DNA from: Octopus vulgaris
Lineage: Eukaryota
Reading direction: 5' to 3'
Length of the DNA: 64,000 nucleotides
NCBI GenBank assembly: GCA_951406725.2
Contig: OX597818.1
Span: forward strand, 36,456,001 to 36,520,000
The notes under the pieces were generated by a model. That model saw nothing but the letters and a program-made list of their open reading frames with translations. It was not told where the DNA came from and searched no databases. This document shows, one piece after another, positions 30,323 through 44,563 of this stretch. How positions within the stretch are numbered: position 1 is the first letter of the stretch; each line of letters starts with the position of its first letter. The position numbers and the translations under genes were made by a program.

Positions 30323-30460
30323 CATAAATATACATATATATCCATAAATATACATATATATATAAATATATACATAAATATACATACATATATAAACAAA
30401 TATACATATATATAAACATAAATACACATATATACATATATATATATACACATATATATG

Positions 30461-30503
<43 letters not shown>

Positions 30504-31566
30504 ATATAGCTATATATATATATTTAGAAACCGAGTGAGTGACACAGATATTCCTATATTTATATTTATTTATATATATATATATATTTATATAGATATA
30601 TAGATATATACATATGTTTATGCATATATATGTTTAAATGTATGTATGTATAGGTATATATATGCGTGTATATATATACATATATATATATTTAGATAGA
30701 TAGATACATACATATTTATATAAATGTGTTTTTGTGTCTGTATATATGTACGTATGTAAGTATATATGTATGTATATATATATAGAAAGAGAGAGAGAGA
30801 TATATATATATACATGTATGTATGTATGTATGTATGTATGTATGTATGTATGGATGGATATATGTATGTTTGTATATAATACCATAATACCATAAACTCA
30901 GACTTATTGATTGACATAGAGAGAGACACAAAAAAAGAGAAACTAGCGCAATATAGTACATACATACCTATCTGTATACACACACATACACACATACATT
31001 CATTTTCTCTCTCTCTCTCTCACACACACAGACACACACAAACACACACACATATATATATATACACACACACGTACACGCACATCGGTAACGACAGAAA
31101 GTGACATACAGGTAGACATCGTCAAAACTGATTGACAGACACGGATAAACAGACTCTGCAATATAGACGCAGATTACGATAGACAGATGTGGAGATAGGG
31201 GTATATTACAGGCAGATGGAGACTGATAGAGCGGAAATATATAGACCATGGGTCCTTCGTCGTTTACGATGATGATTATTTAGATTATTACCCTGTTACC
31301 CTTTTATTGAATTGGTGAAATGTCTAGTATTGCACAAACGCACTAACATGTATACATTTATAAATGCATACATACTTATACATACATTCATACACACACA
31401 CACACATACACACACACACATATATATATATATATAGGTTGATAGGTTTTGTGAATTAATCAGACAGAGTGTTATATGTGGAGAGGCATAGACTTACACA
31501 TATGCATTCATACATACATACGCACATACACACATACATACATACACATTATATGCATATAAAGTT

Positions 31567-32447
31567 AGGGTATGCGACAAGTAAATTGTAGCTATTTTAT
31601 ACTTTTAATTTTGCGCATGCGCATTGTTTGTTTTTGGTTTTGTCGACTACACAGTATAGTAGGAACAGTTGGGCGCCCTCTGTGAGAAAAGCAGCACCAT
31701 GACGCAATTTACTATACCAGAAATTTGGAAACGACATGCAGTGCTGCTTGGCATTCGCGCCGGAAGCTCCAATACCAACATTTCAGAGTGTTTGAGAGTC
31801 AATCTGAGAACAGTACAATCTGAGTAAATGTACCGAGGGTGATAACAATCAAACATCCAGTCAACATCATTTGGAGTGATCGCTAGTGATGGTGACGTTA
31901 TGCCTCCATTCATCATCCCACGCGGCTTCAGACTCAACAGGGAGGCATACATCAAGTGCCTCGACGAGGTAGGGCTGCTCTGGGTCAAGAGGGTGGCTGT
32001 TGCAATATCGTATGTCTGGCAACAGGGTTCTGTAGAATGCCACACAACCAAGAGCACCCATTCATGGCTGTCAGAAAATTTCTACGACCACATCATCGCT
32101 AACATCTGGCCACTTAACTCCTCAGACTGCAACCCTCTATCTACCTATCTATCTGTGTAGAGCAACAAAGCTCCTTCTAACACCAAGGATGAACTGAAGC
32201 AAGGACTATGGTAGCATTCACCAACTTAAACAAGGAGACCTTCCAGAAGAGTTGCAAGAGCTTCCGAAGTCGTCTGGAGGCCGCAGTTGAAGCCAATAGT
32301 GATTTTATTGAATAAATTTACTCTTTAGTATTTCAAGAGGAAATGTACGGAGTATATGTAATTTTGGTAAATATATCTATTAAAATGAGATGTCAGTATT
32401 ATTTTCATTTTTAATAATTTAGATGGCAGTTTATTCACTGCACCCTT
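31567..32447 (+). mobile_element. Internally deleted Tc1/mariner transposon (maT/DD37D-like)
   Basis: FGVIASDGDVMPPFII...YVWQQGSVECHT...WLSENF...WPLNSSDCNPL matches QQDSAPxH / WPPxSPDxNPLD; N-terminal HTH piece at 31699-31820; weak terminal inverted repeats. Confidence 0.85.
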
Positions 32448-33151
32448 TATATACATATCTACATATATGTATACGTATACCTATAGAGGGTGGAGATGGA
32501 TAAACAAACTGTTAGACAGGTAGACAACAGATATGCAAATAGTTAGTGAGGTAGATAGACGGATAGATAGATAGATTGACAGATAGATAGATAGAGAGAG
32601 AGATAGACACACTGACAGACAGGCAGATAATTGGATTATGAGACACATAATGGTAAATAGAATAAGGGATAACCATGTAAACAGATAAACATGCAAAAAT
32701 TAATGAGAATATTTCGTGTAGACAGAAAGACTAACACAGACGGACCTTCGTCAGAGAGATCTGGAGACAAATATCGTAGACATGCAGCTTTAGACAGACA
32801 AAATAGACACACAGATAAAGACAGAGAAATCTGAAGAATCTAATTGCCAGCCAGATATAGTTAGATTCGTGTGAATACAGACAAAATTTCGAAGACACAA
32901 TAGAATCACAGATGAAGGAAGAAAGACTAATGTAAATGGACACACGATCATAAACAAAGTTGTAGACCAAGAGACAATAACAGAAATAGGCATTGACATG
33001 GTCAATTCTTAGACAACAAGCAGAGATCAATAGACAAGGCGACAAATACCGGTGAACAAACAATGTAGATATATAACAATAGGTACATAGGCAGAAACAA
33101 ACAGTCTAGACTGAACATTCTACTTTGATAAAGAGACACCACACAGACACA

Positions 33152-33226
<75 letters not shown>

Positions 33227-33239
33227 ATGTGTGTGTGTG

Positions 33240-33568
<329 letters not shown>

Positions 33569-33940
33569 TTTTATATGCCAAAGGTTGACAGTTACTTCGA
33601 AGTATCGATTACGTTGCCTTCATCCGGCTGTAAATATGTTTACCAAAAAGTATTGAGTGATATTTAAGTTTAATTGCCAACTATTATTGTGTATAACAAT
33701 GCATAAAAACAAACATGCACGAGTGTTAATATATGTATGCACAAACACACACAAACACAGAAAACCAGACACACACATGCACACTTACACATAGAAGTAC
33801 ACATACATATACATATATATGTATGTATATACATATATTTATTATGAGTAATGACAAATGGTTAGACATGCATATCCAAACATCCATGTCTACCTATTTG
33901 TCTATATATTTTTTCTCCATCCCTGAATCTTTTAATGTAT

Positions 33941-34017
33941 AGATAAACTTAGATAAACTTAGATATGTTTCGACCAATGATTGGTCCAGGCCATGTCTAA
34001 CTTAATAGCACCACCTG
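33941..34017 (-). mobile_element. CR1-type LINE 3'-UTR tail
   Basis: 33980-34017 is 38/38 identical to 62749-62786 (3' UTR of the CR1 fragment); ends in tandem 10-bp repeats. Confidence 0.8.
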
Positions 34018-34053
34018 ATAAAAACATTACTAATTTCTTCCCAAAATATATTC

Positions 34054-34126
34054 CGCCTAACGTGGGGCTCGAACCCACGACCCCGAGATTAAGAGTCTCG
34101 TGCTCTACCGACTGAGCTAGCCGGGC
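34054..34126 (-). tRNA. tRNA-Lys(CTT), gene or recent pseudogene
   Basis: GCCCGGCTAGCTCAGTCGGTAGAGCACGAGACTCTTAATCTCGGGGTCGTGGGTTCGAGCCCCACGTTAGGCG; 73 nt cloverleaf, intact A/B boxes, C4.A69 acceptor mismatch, TTTT 8 nt downstream. Confidence 0.92.
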
Positions 34127-34727
34127 TATATGTTTCTGTATAAATTTGTATGCATTGCCTTATATGAACATAAACACACGTTAGTACCTCACTACTTGAG
34201 TGTATGTATATACTGCAGGCTAAAACTTTTAGTATATTTTATATATTTCCATAATTCAATTAATAGCTTGTAAGTATAAATGTAATTACCTAATTAGCCA
34301 ATGTTCTTTCTGGTTTTGAGAAAGTCCAAGTTTCCATGATTGACATCGAGGTATTTAATTACAACAGAAAATACTCCAATGTTCACAATCATAAATCTGA
34401 ACTTATAGTCCGTGTGTGATATCAGTATATTTCTCATTAGTTCAAATAGGTGTTTTACTTTTCTTAACTCTTTAACATTACGTTGTCGCCTACTGAACAA
34501 CTCATTTTTACTTCCGTGCACACTGTTTTTCGGAAGACCGAAAATGGCTTGAAAGTCATAACATCATTAGGTGAGACAAGCTGACACTGAATCAGCTTCG
34601 CTCACTGACTGGTGACGGTCGTTTAGAAAATGCGCGGGCTAAAACTACGCGCCTACACTAGTCAGTTACGGTGAGACAGTGTCACGTGACAACTCGCTGG
34701 AGCTGACTGCTGGAGCCCAGCGGAAGG

Positions 34728-34762
34728 TATTTAAAGGGAAAAATTTGACAAGGCAGTCAGTC
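34728..34762 (+). promoter_or_regulatory. Candidate TATA + initiator pair in a CpG-rich island
   Basis: TATTTAAA at 34728 and TCAGTC with its A at 34759 (31 nt spacing). Confidence 0.35.
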
Positions 34763-36189
34763 ACCGGCTGACACTCGCTGACGATACGTCGAAGAGGCCA
34801 GGGAACAGAAGAAAGAAGAAAAAAGAAGACATGCACCCAACATCAGAGCTGAAGACACCTCCGAAAGGGGGAGCCTCGCCACGTCAAAACGGTAGAGGAG
34901 TAGGGGCCGAAACCGGACGTGGTTCCTCCTGATGATGTTTTGAGCTAACTGGATCCTATAAAGGATCATTTCCTCTGATCTTTTATTTGTACAAATTTAC
35001 AGTAATTTGGCTGGAATATTCCAACAATATTCTTCTATATTATCATTGATTACGCTCACCACAGTGCTCTAACCTAAGGACAATACTTTATCTTCAAGTC
35101 AGTCCCTTCTACAAATAGCATTGAGTAGTTTCTCTGTCACTGTGTTATGTTATATCCCAATGATAAATAGAATCATAAGGATATTTCGGGATAGTGACTT
35201 ATGATATTTCTTCCATCTTTTTTGTTAATTCTTCAGATTCAGCATTTGTTGTTACATCTACATGTATTAAATGCATCCTTATTCTATTTATGCAACAGAT
35301 ATTTCTATTTCGTTTTATTTACTGTTTCTACATTGCAAAATCAAACCCATTGAATTTGAATCTATGAGATTCAAACAACGGTTGTCGGATTATCAGTTTA
35401 AGATAAAGAAACCAGGTTATTTTTTGTGTTAAAGTCACTCTGAAGTTTTTGAATAGTATAGCCGCTTCCCCGTTTAAGCAAAGCCCATTTCATACTTCAA
35501 ACTCGGAGTACCAAGGAGTTTGAATGAATTTTTTTCCATCCATACATGTTACTCCCAAAAGATTTATTAAGTGCCCTTCTTTCGTTTCTCTGCACACACG
35601 TATATATATATATATATATATAGTATATATACGTATATATATGTATGTATATATCCATATATATATGTATGTATATATACCTATATATATATATATATAT
35701 ACATACACATATGTGTGTATGTATGTATGTATGTATGTATATTGAAAACGTTAGGAGGTTCACAAGTTAATTATATTAGCAAAAGTAAAAATTGAAATAT
35801 TTCAGAATTTTATCATAAATAATCTGAAGTATTTACATTTTTATCAAAATATGCTCTCAGTTTCAATTGCTTAAAAAGGCGATTTAGTCATGCTGAAATA
35901 AAAGGGAAAATGAAATAAAATTAAATCAATTGCAGTTTTCATATCAGTTTTGCAAGTTCACATATCTGCCTTTCGCTTTTTTCCTGAGAAGAGTATAATT
36001 GAAAGATCAATATAATATATTTCAGCTCTTTCTTCATTTAATTTCAGCATGACTAAATCGCCCGTTTTAAGTGACTGAAACCGGTACCATTTTTTGATAA
36101 AAGTGTAAATACTTTCGATTATTTATGATAAAATTTTCAAAGCGTTTCTTTTTTGCTTTATATGTATAGATATATTTACGTAAATTACG

Positions 36190-36570
36190 GAGCTCCTGTC
36201 TAAGGGAAAATGTGGTATACAAAGTTAAGCTCATAACTGCCAATCAAACTAGGAAAACATACATAGGAAGTACCACGGATTTCAAAACGAGATTTAATGG
36301 ACAAATCAGCACATTCTCGAACCCAGGATCAAAAATCGCAACAGAGTTGGCTTCATACATTAACAAACTAAAAATGCGAGATAAGAAATTTAAATTAAAC
36401 TGGTCGATCATAACGGAAACCACCACATATAAAACGTATACTGGAAGGTGTAAGTTATGTACGAAGGAAGCAGTTAATATACTTCGTACAGACAAGAAAA
36501 TTTTAATTAATAAAATATCTGACGTTATAATTGCATAGAGGCATAAATATTTATCAACATTTAAGTTTTT
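36190..36570 (+). pseudogene. Penelope-like element GIY-YIG endonuclease (5'-truncated; C-terminal EN with CxxC, Naiad-like)
   Basis: SCLRENVVYKV..KTYIGSTTDFKTRF...TELASYI..LK...WSII...Y...GRCKLCTKE..I...INKISD..A*RHK. Confidence 0.85.
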
Positions 36571-36902
36571 TTAAAAAGTAGAAAGAACAGAATCCGATCT
36601 TATGAACAGCGATTTACCTTAATAAAATAAAAATTTCCTCCAATTTGGTGAGATTTGATCAACTTAAAGTTTAAGCAAAAAATTATTTATACTTTGGAAT
36701 CTTAGTAATATCAAAGTGGATGACAGATTTTTCTGCAAAATATTGATAGTTTATCCTGTTCATGCTATATTATTACCGTCACCCTGCGTTTGAGAACAAA
36801 CTTATTACCTTATCTGTATTACTCGATATGACTTCAAGTTCTGTAAGTAGGAGATATTTTAAGATTCCTCAATTTTTAAACAATTTTAATCGATTTAACT
36901 GT

Positions 36903-36986
36903 ACCTCTGATGAGAGAAATGTAATTATTTGTATTGGTTGGAAAATTCGTCCAATACAATCTTATTCCTCGAAACGATCGTAAGGT
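36903..36986 (+). ncRNA. Type I hammerhead ribozyme with extended stem II in PLE 3' region
   Basis: ACCT-CTGATGA-GAG..TTGTATTGG..CCAATACAA..CTC-GAAA-CGATCG-TA^-AGGT; all core nucleotides intact. Confidence 0.8.
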
Positions 36987-37166
36987 CTTGTAATACTGCT
37001 TTTCTTTGGATTGTAATATTGGAACGCTTAAAACCTAATATCTCGATGAATGTTTTATGCATTTTGTATTCCCTTGATAAAGGAACTTGACCTACGAATA
37101 TCTGTTATCCACTTTGATATTTGTTATATATATATATGTGTGTGTGTGTGTATGTATGTATTAATG

Positions 37167-37215
<49 letters not shown>

Positions 37216-37249
37216 ATATATATATCTATATATATACATGTATGTATGC

Positions 37250-37282
<33 letters not shown>

Positions 37283-37305
37283 CACACACACACATATATA
37301 TATAT

Positions 37306-37340
<35 letters not shown>

Positions 37341-37422
37341 GTGGGAGTAAGAGATACATATCTGTATATATTAGAATATATATTAAGCGTAGTATGCAGT
37401 AATATATATTCAGTACACCAGG

Positions 37423-37460
37423 ACTTACCGATCGGTTTCGCACTGTGAATTCATTGGAGT
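37423..37460 (-). ncRNA. Degenerate hammerhead motif
   Basis: Minus: ACT-CCAATGA-ATTCACAGTGC-GAAA-CCGATCGG-TA-AGT. Confidence 0.4.
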
Positions 37461-37630
37461 GTCAAGTAACAGTCCGATTGTGTAACCTTACGGTCTTGAG
37501 AGGCCACGAATCGGCCGTAAAAGATCTGTTACAGTACATTCGGCTAATATACCCACTCTGCTAACAGATTTACGAGGGCATTTATTCCACATGCACACAC
37601 TTACATACATACATACACACACACACACAG

Positions 37631-37684
<54 letters not shown>

Positions 37685-37973
37685 TGGTACATGAATATAT
37701 ACAGACAAAATCCAGGCATGTATACGACAAGCACACATGAAACCCAGAACTGCTTAAAAGCTGACATTCTTATACAACTTTATACGAAATTACTTGTATT
37801 TTGAGAGAGGAACAATTTCAGAATTTCAGTGGGGATTTGAAAGAAACAATAACTTTTCTATTTCTACGAAATCATCCTCACAAAACCCTTTTTTGCAGTT
37901 ATTTTGCCTAAACTTAATAGTTATGAATCAAACTTTCTTCACAGGTCATTCGAAAATAATAATGATAATAATA

Positions 37974-38537
37974 ATCCTTAGACAATCCTTATTCAGGGAC
38001 CTTTTAAGCGGGATGGGCTACTCGACCACAAGTGTTAACTGGTTGGAAGTGTTATCATGTGCATTGTTTTGTCTTGGTGTAAAAGATAGGCTACAAATAT
38101 TCTGCTCAATACCACAGATTTGCTTGTCAGTTGTTTGACCTTAACCAGTTGAGCATTCCCCCAGTAGCTGACGATATGTGCATCTCTGATCACGATCAGA
38201 AGTAGTGGGAGAGCATCATAGCCATGTGTTGAGAAAGAATATTTGGGGTTTGGATATTTCACCTCTGGAAACATTGGTGTTTCGTTCAACATCCTTAAAC
38301 AACCCTTATTCAGGGACCTTTTGAGCAGGATGGGTTACACGACCAGAAGAAAATTCTGAGTCCCACCAGCAAGGTCATGCGCTGTTTATCTTGATATGAG
38401 ATCACCATGTTTCGCACATATGGTTGTGATGCATGTGCCTGGTGTACCCTTATCAGACTGGTAGTCATGATGTGTATCCTAGGCTTCGTATATTTTACCC
38501 CAGTGTCACTTTGATGGCATGCACTGCTCTCTCACGC
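37974..38537 (+). mobile_element. ~550-bp TAA-flanked non-coding repeat (rearranged 5' end)
   Basis: Colinear with 43408-43938 and 44048-44415; ends CTGCTCTCTCAC(G/T)C-(AAT)n. Confidence 0.85.
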
Positions 38538-40205
<1,668 letters not shown>

Positions 40206-40239
40206 AAAAAAAAAAAAATAATAATAATAATAATGATTT

Positions 40240-40780
40240 TCTGAAAGCAAAAACTGAAGGTCTCATAATAACAGCACAAGTCCAAGGTTTGCTTACAGAA
40301 AACTACCAGGCTAACGTTCTTCAAAACTAATTGACCAGACATAGTCATTAAAGATAGGGAAGAATTTACTTGTAGACTAAAAGATGCAAGCGTCCCCACT
40401 AATAAAATATATCTGTAAAGGAATTTGACAAATTTACAAAAAATGTGGCATATTAAATCTAAAACTGTTCCTGTTATTGTGCGTGCCCTAGGTAGAAGAA
40501 GAAAGGAATGTCAGAAACATCTAGATAATATCCCAGGAGAACCATGTCTAAGAGAAATCCAAAAGATTGTGGTGACAAGTACTGCCCACATCCTTAGAAA
40601 AACCCTATGAATTTAAATGTCTGTGTTGTAATACATGAAGATATTTCGCCACTGCCCCTGCCACTTCCCCGCCCCAAGATTTCAGTCATACTCTGACATG
40701 TCTTATCCTTCACTCGCCTTAGGACGCTGGGTGTGTCTCGGTAAGTGATTTTAACAAACATCCAAATTAAAAGTAAGTAG
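40240..40780 (+). mobile_element. Decayed Dong-type LINE 3' fragment
   Basis: KMWHIKSKTVPVIVRALG...EIQKIVVTSTAHILRKTL*. Confidence 0.8.
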
Positions 40781-40804
40781 TAAGAAGAAGAAGAAGAAGA
40801 ATCA

Positions 40805-41016
40805 CTTCTTCTAAGGGCGCAAGGAGGCCTGAAATTTATGAGGAAGGGACTAGTTGATTACATCGACCCCGGTGTTTCACTAGTACAAACTTTATAGAGC
40901 CCTGAAGGATGAAAGCAAGCTCGACCTTGGCGGAATTTGAACTCAGAACATAAAGACAGACGAAATGCCGCAAAGCATTCCGCCAAGTGTGCCAACGATT
41001 TAGCCAGCTCGCAGCC
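40805..41016 (-). mobile_element. Nin/Deu-like SINE
   Basis: Reverse complement of family consensus (GGAATTTGAACTCAGAAC, GCCAGCTCGC). Confidence 0.8.
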
Positions 41017-41021
41017 ATATT

Positions 41022-41338
41022 ATCATGAAGGAAAGAGAAACGATTGCTAAATATGGAGACCTGAGAATTGAGATCGCTAAGACGCGGCAGCTACGAGAGT
41101 CAAACATAAAGGTTGTCCTTATTGTCATCAGAGCACTGCGTTCAATACCACCCAATCTGGAAAAAAAACATCTGGAAACTTTAGAAATACCCTACAATCT
41201 AGGTGTATTGCAAAAGTCGGCATTACTTGTAATTGCACGCATATTGCATGAAGTACTGTCTGCCTGAGGTCCCTGTTGAGACTTGACAGAGATTATAAAC
41301 CCACGGCAGACATGATATCTTCAATCAACAACATCACG

Positions 41339-41340
<2 letters not shown>
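41022..41340 (+). mobile_element. Dong-type LINE 3' fragment (another family)
   Basis: KYGDLRIEIAK...KVVLIVIRAL...LQKSALLVIARILHEVLSA*; followed by (TAA)n. Confidence 0.8.
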
Positions 41341-41390
<50 letters not shown>

Positions 41391-42827
41391 TACTTAGGAA
41401 TCCATGAACTAGATAAGACACAACACACACAAATGAAAGAGAAAATAAAAAAAGAATATTATAGACGAGTTAGATCAATACTAAAAACAGAGCTCAATGC
41501 TAAAAACAAGATAATAGGTATCAACACTTAAGCTGTCCCAGTTATAAGTTACAGCTACAATATCCTTAACTGGACACGAAATGAACTGTCCAAAATAGAT
41601 AGGAAAACAAGAAAAATACTGACAGGATCTAGGATGCATCACCCAAAATCTGACATAGAAAGACTATATATACAACGTATAGAAGGTGGTAGAGGCCTTA
41701 TACAGCTGGAAAACTACTATAAAATAACCACCATAGGACTGCAAAAATACCTACTTCAGAAGGAAGGAAAACTGATCCAGATAGCAGCAAAACACGAGCA
41801 AAACAAAAAACTGTTCTCAGTATTTAAGGAAGCTGACAAATACAAACAAGAAATCATACCACCTAATAAACACAAAGAAGAAGAAGAAGATGATGAAGAA
41901 ACAACAAAAGCTATAAAACAAATGAAATCCAAACTAAAAATAGAACAGCAACGAGCCATGATAAAACGATGGCAAGAAAAGCCCATTCATGGTAAATACT
42001 GCACTAAACTAAACGCAAAAGAAATAGACAAAGAAAAATCCCAGCAATGGTTGAGAAGCTCAGGACTCAAAGCAGAAACAGGGATTTTTAATTGCAACAC
42101 AAGACCAAAGCCTCCCCACCAGAAATTACCAAAAACATGTAATGAAAAGAAATATAACAAGTAACTGCAGAATATGTGGAGATGGACAAGAAACAATAAA
42201 TCATATTATCTCTAGCTGCCCAGTCCTGGCTAAGAAGGAATATATTCACAGACATGACAGAGTTGGAACCTACATACATTGGAAGCTATGCCAACATTAT
42301 GGAATAACAACAGAAAAAAGATGGTATAGGCACACACCAGAAAAGGTCACAGAAAACGAGAAAGCAACCATACTCTGGGATATGCCGATACACACAGATA
42401 GAGAAATTAAGGCCAACAGACCAGATATAGTTGTCAGAGATCATGAAGAAAAAAATGCTTTCTAATTGATGTATCAATACCGGCAGATGACAATGTGTCT
42501 CTAAAAGAAATGGAGAAACTCTCAAAATACAAAGACCTGGAAATAGAGGTAACTAGAATGTGGAACCTGAAAACAGAAACAATTCCTATCATAGTAGGTG
42601 CATTAGGCATGATAAAAAATATTCAGACAAATACATAACAAAAACACCAGGACTTACAAACACATATAACATACAGAAAATTGCACTACTAGGCACTGCA
42701 CACATCCTACGCAGAACACTTTCCATACAATAACCATCAGAGCATCACAACAAATCACAGCACATACCCAAGGCACACAGAGCTGCGCTCGGTAGTGAAG
42801 TGAAAGCACGCTATAAAAATAAAACTA

Positions 42828-42830
<3 letters not shown>
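41391..42830 (+). mobile_element. 5'-truncated R4/Dong-type LINE (family 1), frameshifted
   Basis: MHHPKSDIERLYIQRIEGGRGL, WLRSSGLKAET, CRICGDGQETINHIISSC, RHD, RPDIVV; (TAA)n on both sides; close match to 59324-60770 (-). Confidence 0.95.
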
Positions 42831-42876
<46 letters not shown>

Positions 42877-43070
42877 TGTACTGAGAAGAGCATTATCGCT
42901 GTGAAAACAACATCCATTCAAGAATTTATTTATTTAAATATTTATTTATTTTTTTAAATACATATTTTACCTGTGAATTAGCATGTGTAATCTGGGAATG
43001 CATACAATGAGCTTCTCTGCGCTAGGTGTACGGAAGACACTCGGCGAAAATGGAAGAAAATTTGAAGAAG
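42877..43070 (+). mobile_element. Dong-type LINE extreme 3' end
   Basis: VLRRALSL* plus 3' UTR, between (TAA)n tracts. Confidence 0.8.
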
Positions 43071-43072
43071 GG

Positions 43073-43392
<320 letters not shown>

Positions 43393-43407
43393 AATAATGA
43401 TGATAAT

Positions 43408-43938
43408 GCCCTGATGTGGTACCTGGTAGTGGCTCTCATGGCTTCTTATCTTAGCTCATTGGAAGTGTGATCATGCACGTGATTTGACTTGGTATAAAAG
43501 ATGAGCTACAGTAAATATTCTGCACAATACCACAGAGTTGTTTGTCAGTTGTTTGACCTTGTGGCTGACGATATGTGCATCTCTGATCATGAGCAGCAGT
43601 AGTTGGGCAACATCATAGGCATGTGTTGAGAGGAATTCTTTGGGGCTTGGATAATTCACCTCTGGAAATATTGATGTTTCGCTCAACATCTCTACAAAAC
43701 CCTTATTCAGGAACCTTTCGAGCGGGATAGGCTACTCGATCTAAAGAAAATTGTACCTGGGCTCCACCTGCAAGGTTGTGCCTTGTTTGTCTTGATATGA
43801 ATCACCATGTCGCGCACATACGGTTGTGATGCATGTACTTGGTGTATCCTTATCAGACAAGTAGTCATGATTGGTATACTAGGCTTCGTATATGTGTATC
43901 CCAGTGTCACTTCAATGGCACGATCTGCTCTCTCACTC
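43408..43938 (+). mobile_element. ~550-bp TAA-flanked non-coding repeat, longest copy
   Basis: Begins GCCCTGATG..GTGGCTCTCATGGCTTC after TAA/TGA repeats; ends CTCTCTCACTC-AAT. Confidence 0.85.
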
Positions 43939-43989
43939 AATAACAACACAACAACAACAACAACAACAACAATAATAATAATAATAATA

Positions 43990-44039
<50 letters not shown>

Positions 44040-44047
44040 TAATAATG

Positions 44048-44415
44048 ATGCATCTCTGATCACGATCAGAAGTAGTGGGGGAGCATCATAGCCATCTGTT
44101 GAGAGGAATCCTTTCAGATGTGGATAATTCACCTTTGGAAACATGGGTGTTTTCTTCAACATCCTTAAACAACCCTTATTCAAGGACCTTTTGAGCGAGA
44201 TGGGTTACTCGACCTAAAGAAATAAATTATAACTGGACCCCACCTGCAAGTTCATGCGCTGTATATCTTGATATGAGATTACCATATCCCGTACATATGG
44301 TTTTGATGCATGTGCCTGGTGTACCCTTATCAGATGGGTAGTCACGATTGATATACTGGGCTTCGTATATCTTACCCCAGTGTCACTTTTCATGGCATGC
44401 ACTGCTCTCTCACTC
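44048..44415 (+). mobile_element. 5'-truncated copy of the ~550-bp repeat
   Basis: Colinear with 43577-43938, same 3' end. Confidence 0.85.
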
Positions 44416-44500
44416 AACAAGAAGAATACCGTATTTTCTCATTCTATATCTCGAACACCATTCCTTACTTCTTCAATCTACCCCACTTCTCACCATGAGT

Positions 44501-44563
<63 letters not shown>

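Noticed and set aside
34980-35460. Possible PLE RT remnant on the minus strand (KLI.PT, VTEKLLNAI)
   Set aside because: Motif similarity too weak and frameshifted to support without an alignment.
36536-36538. Stop codon at the conserved Cys of C-R-H, possible selenocysteine recoding as in some Naiad PLEs
   Set aside because: The codon is TAG, not TGA, and I see no SECIS; ordinary decay is more likely.
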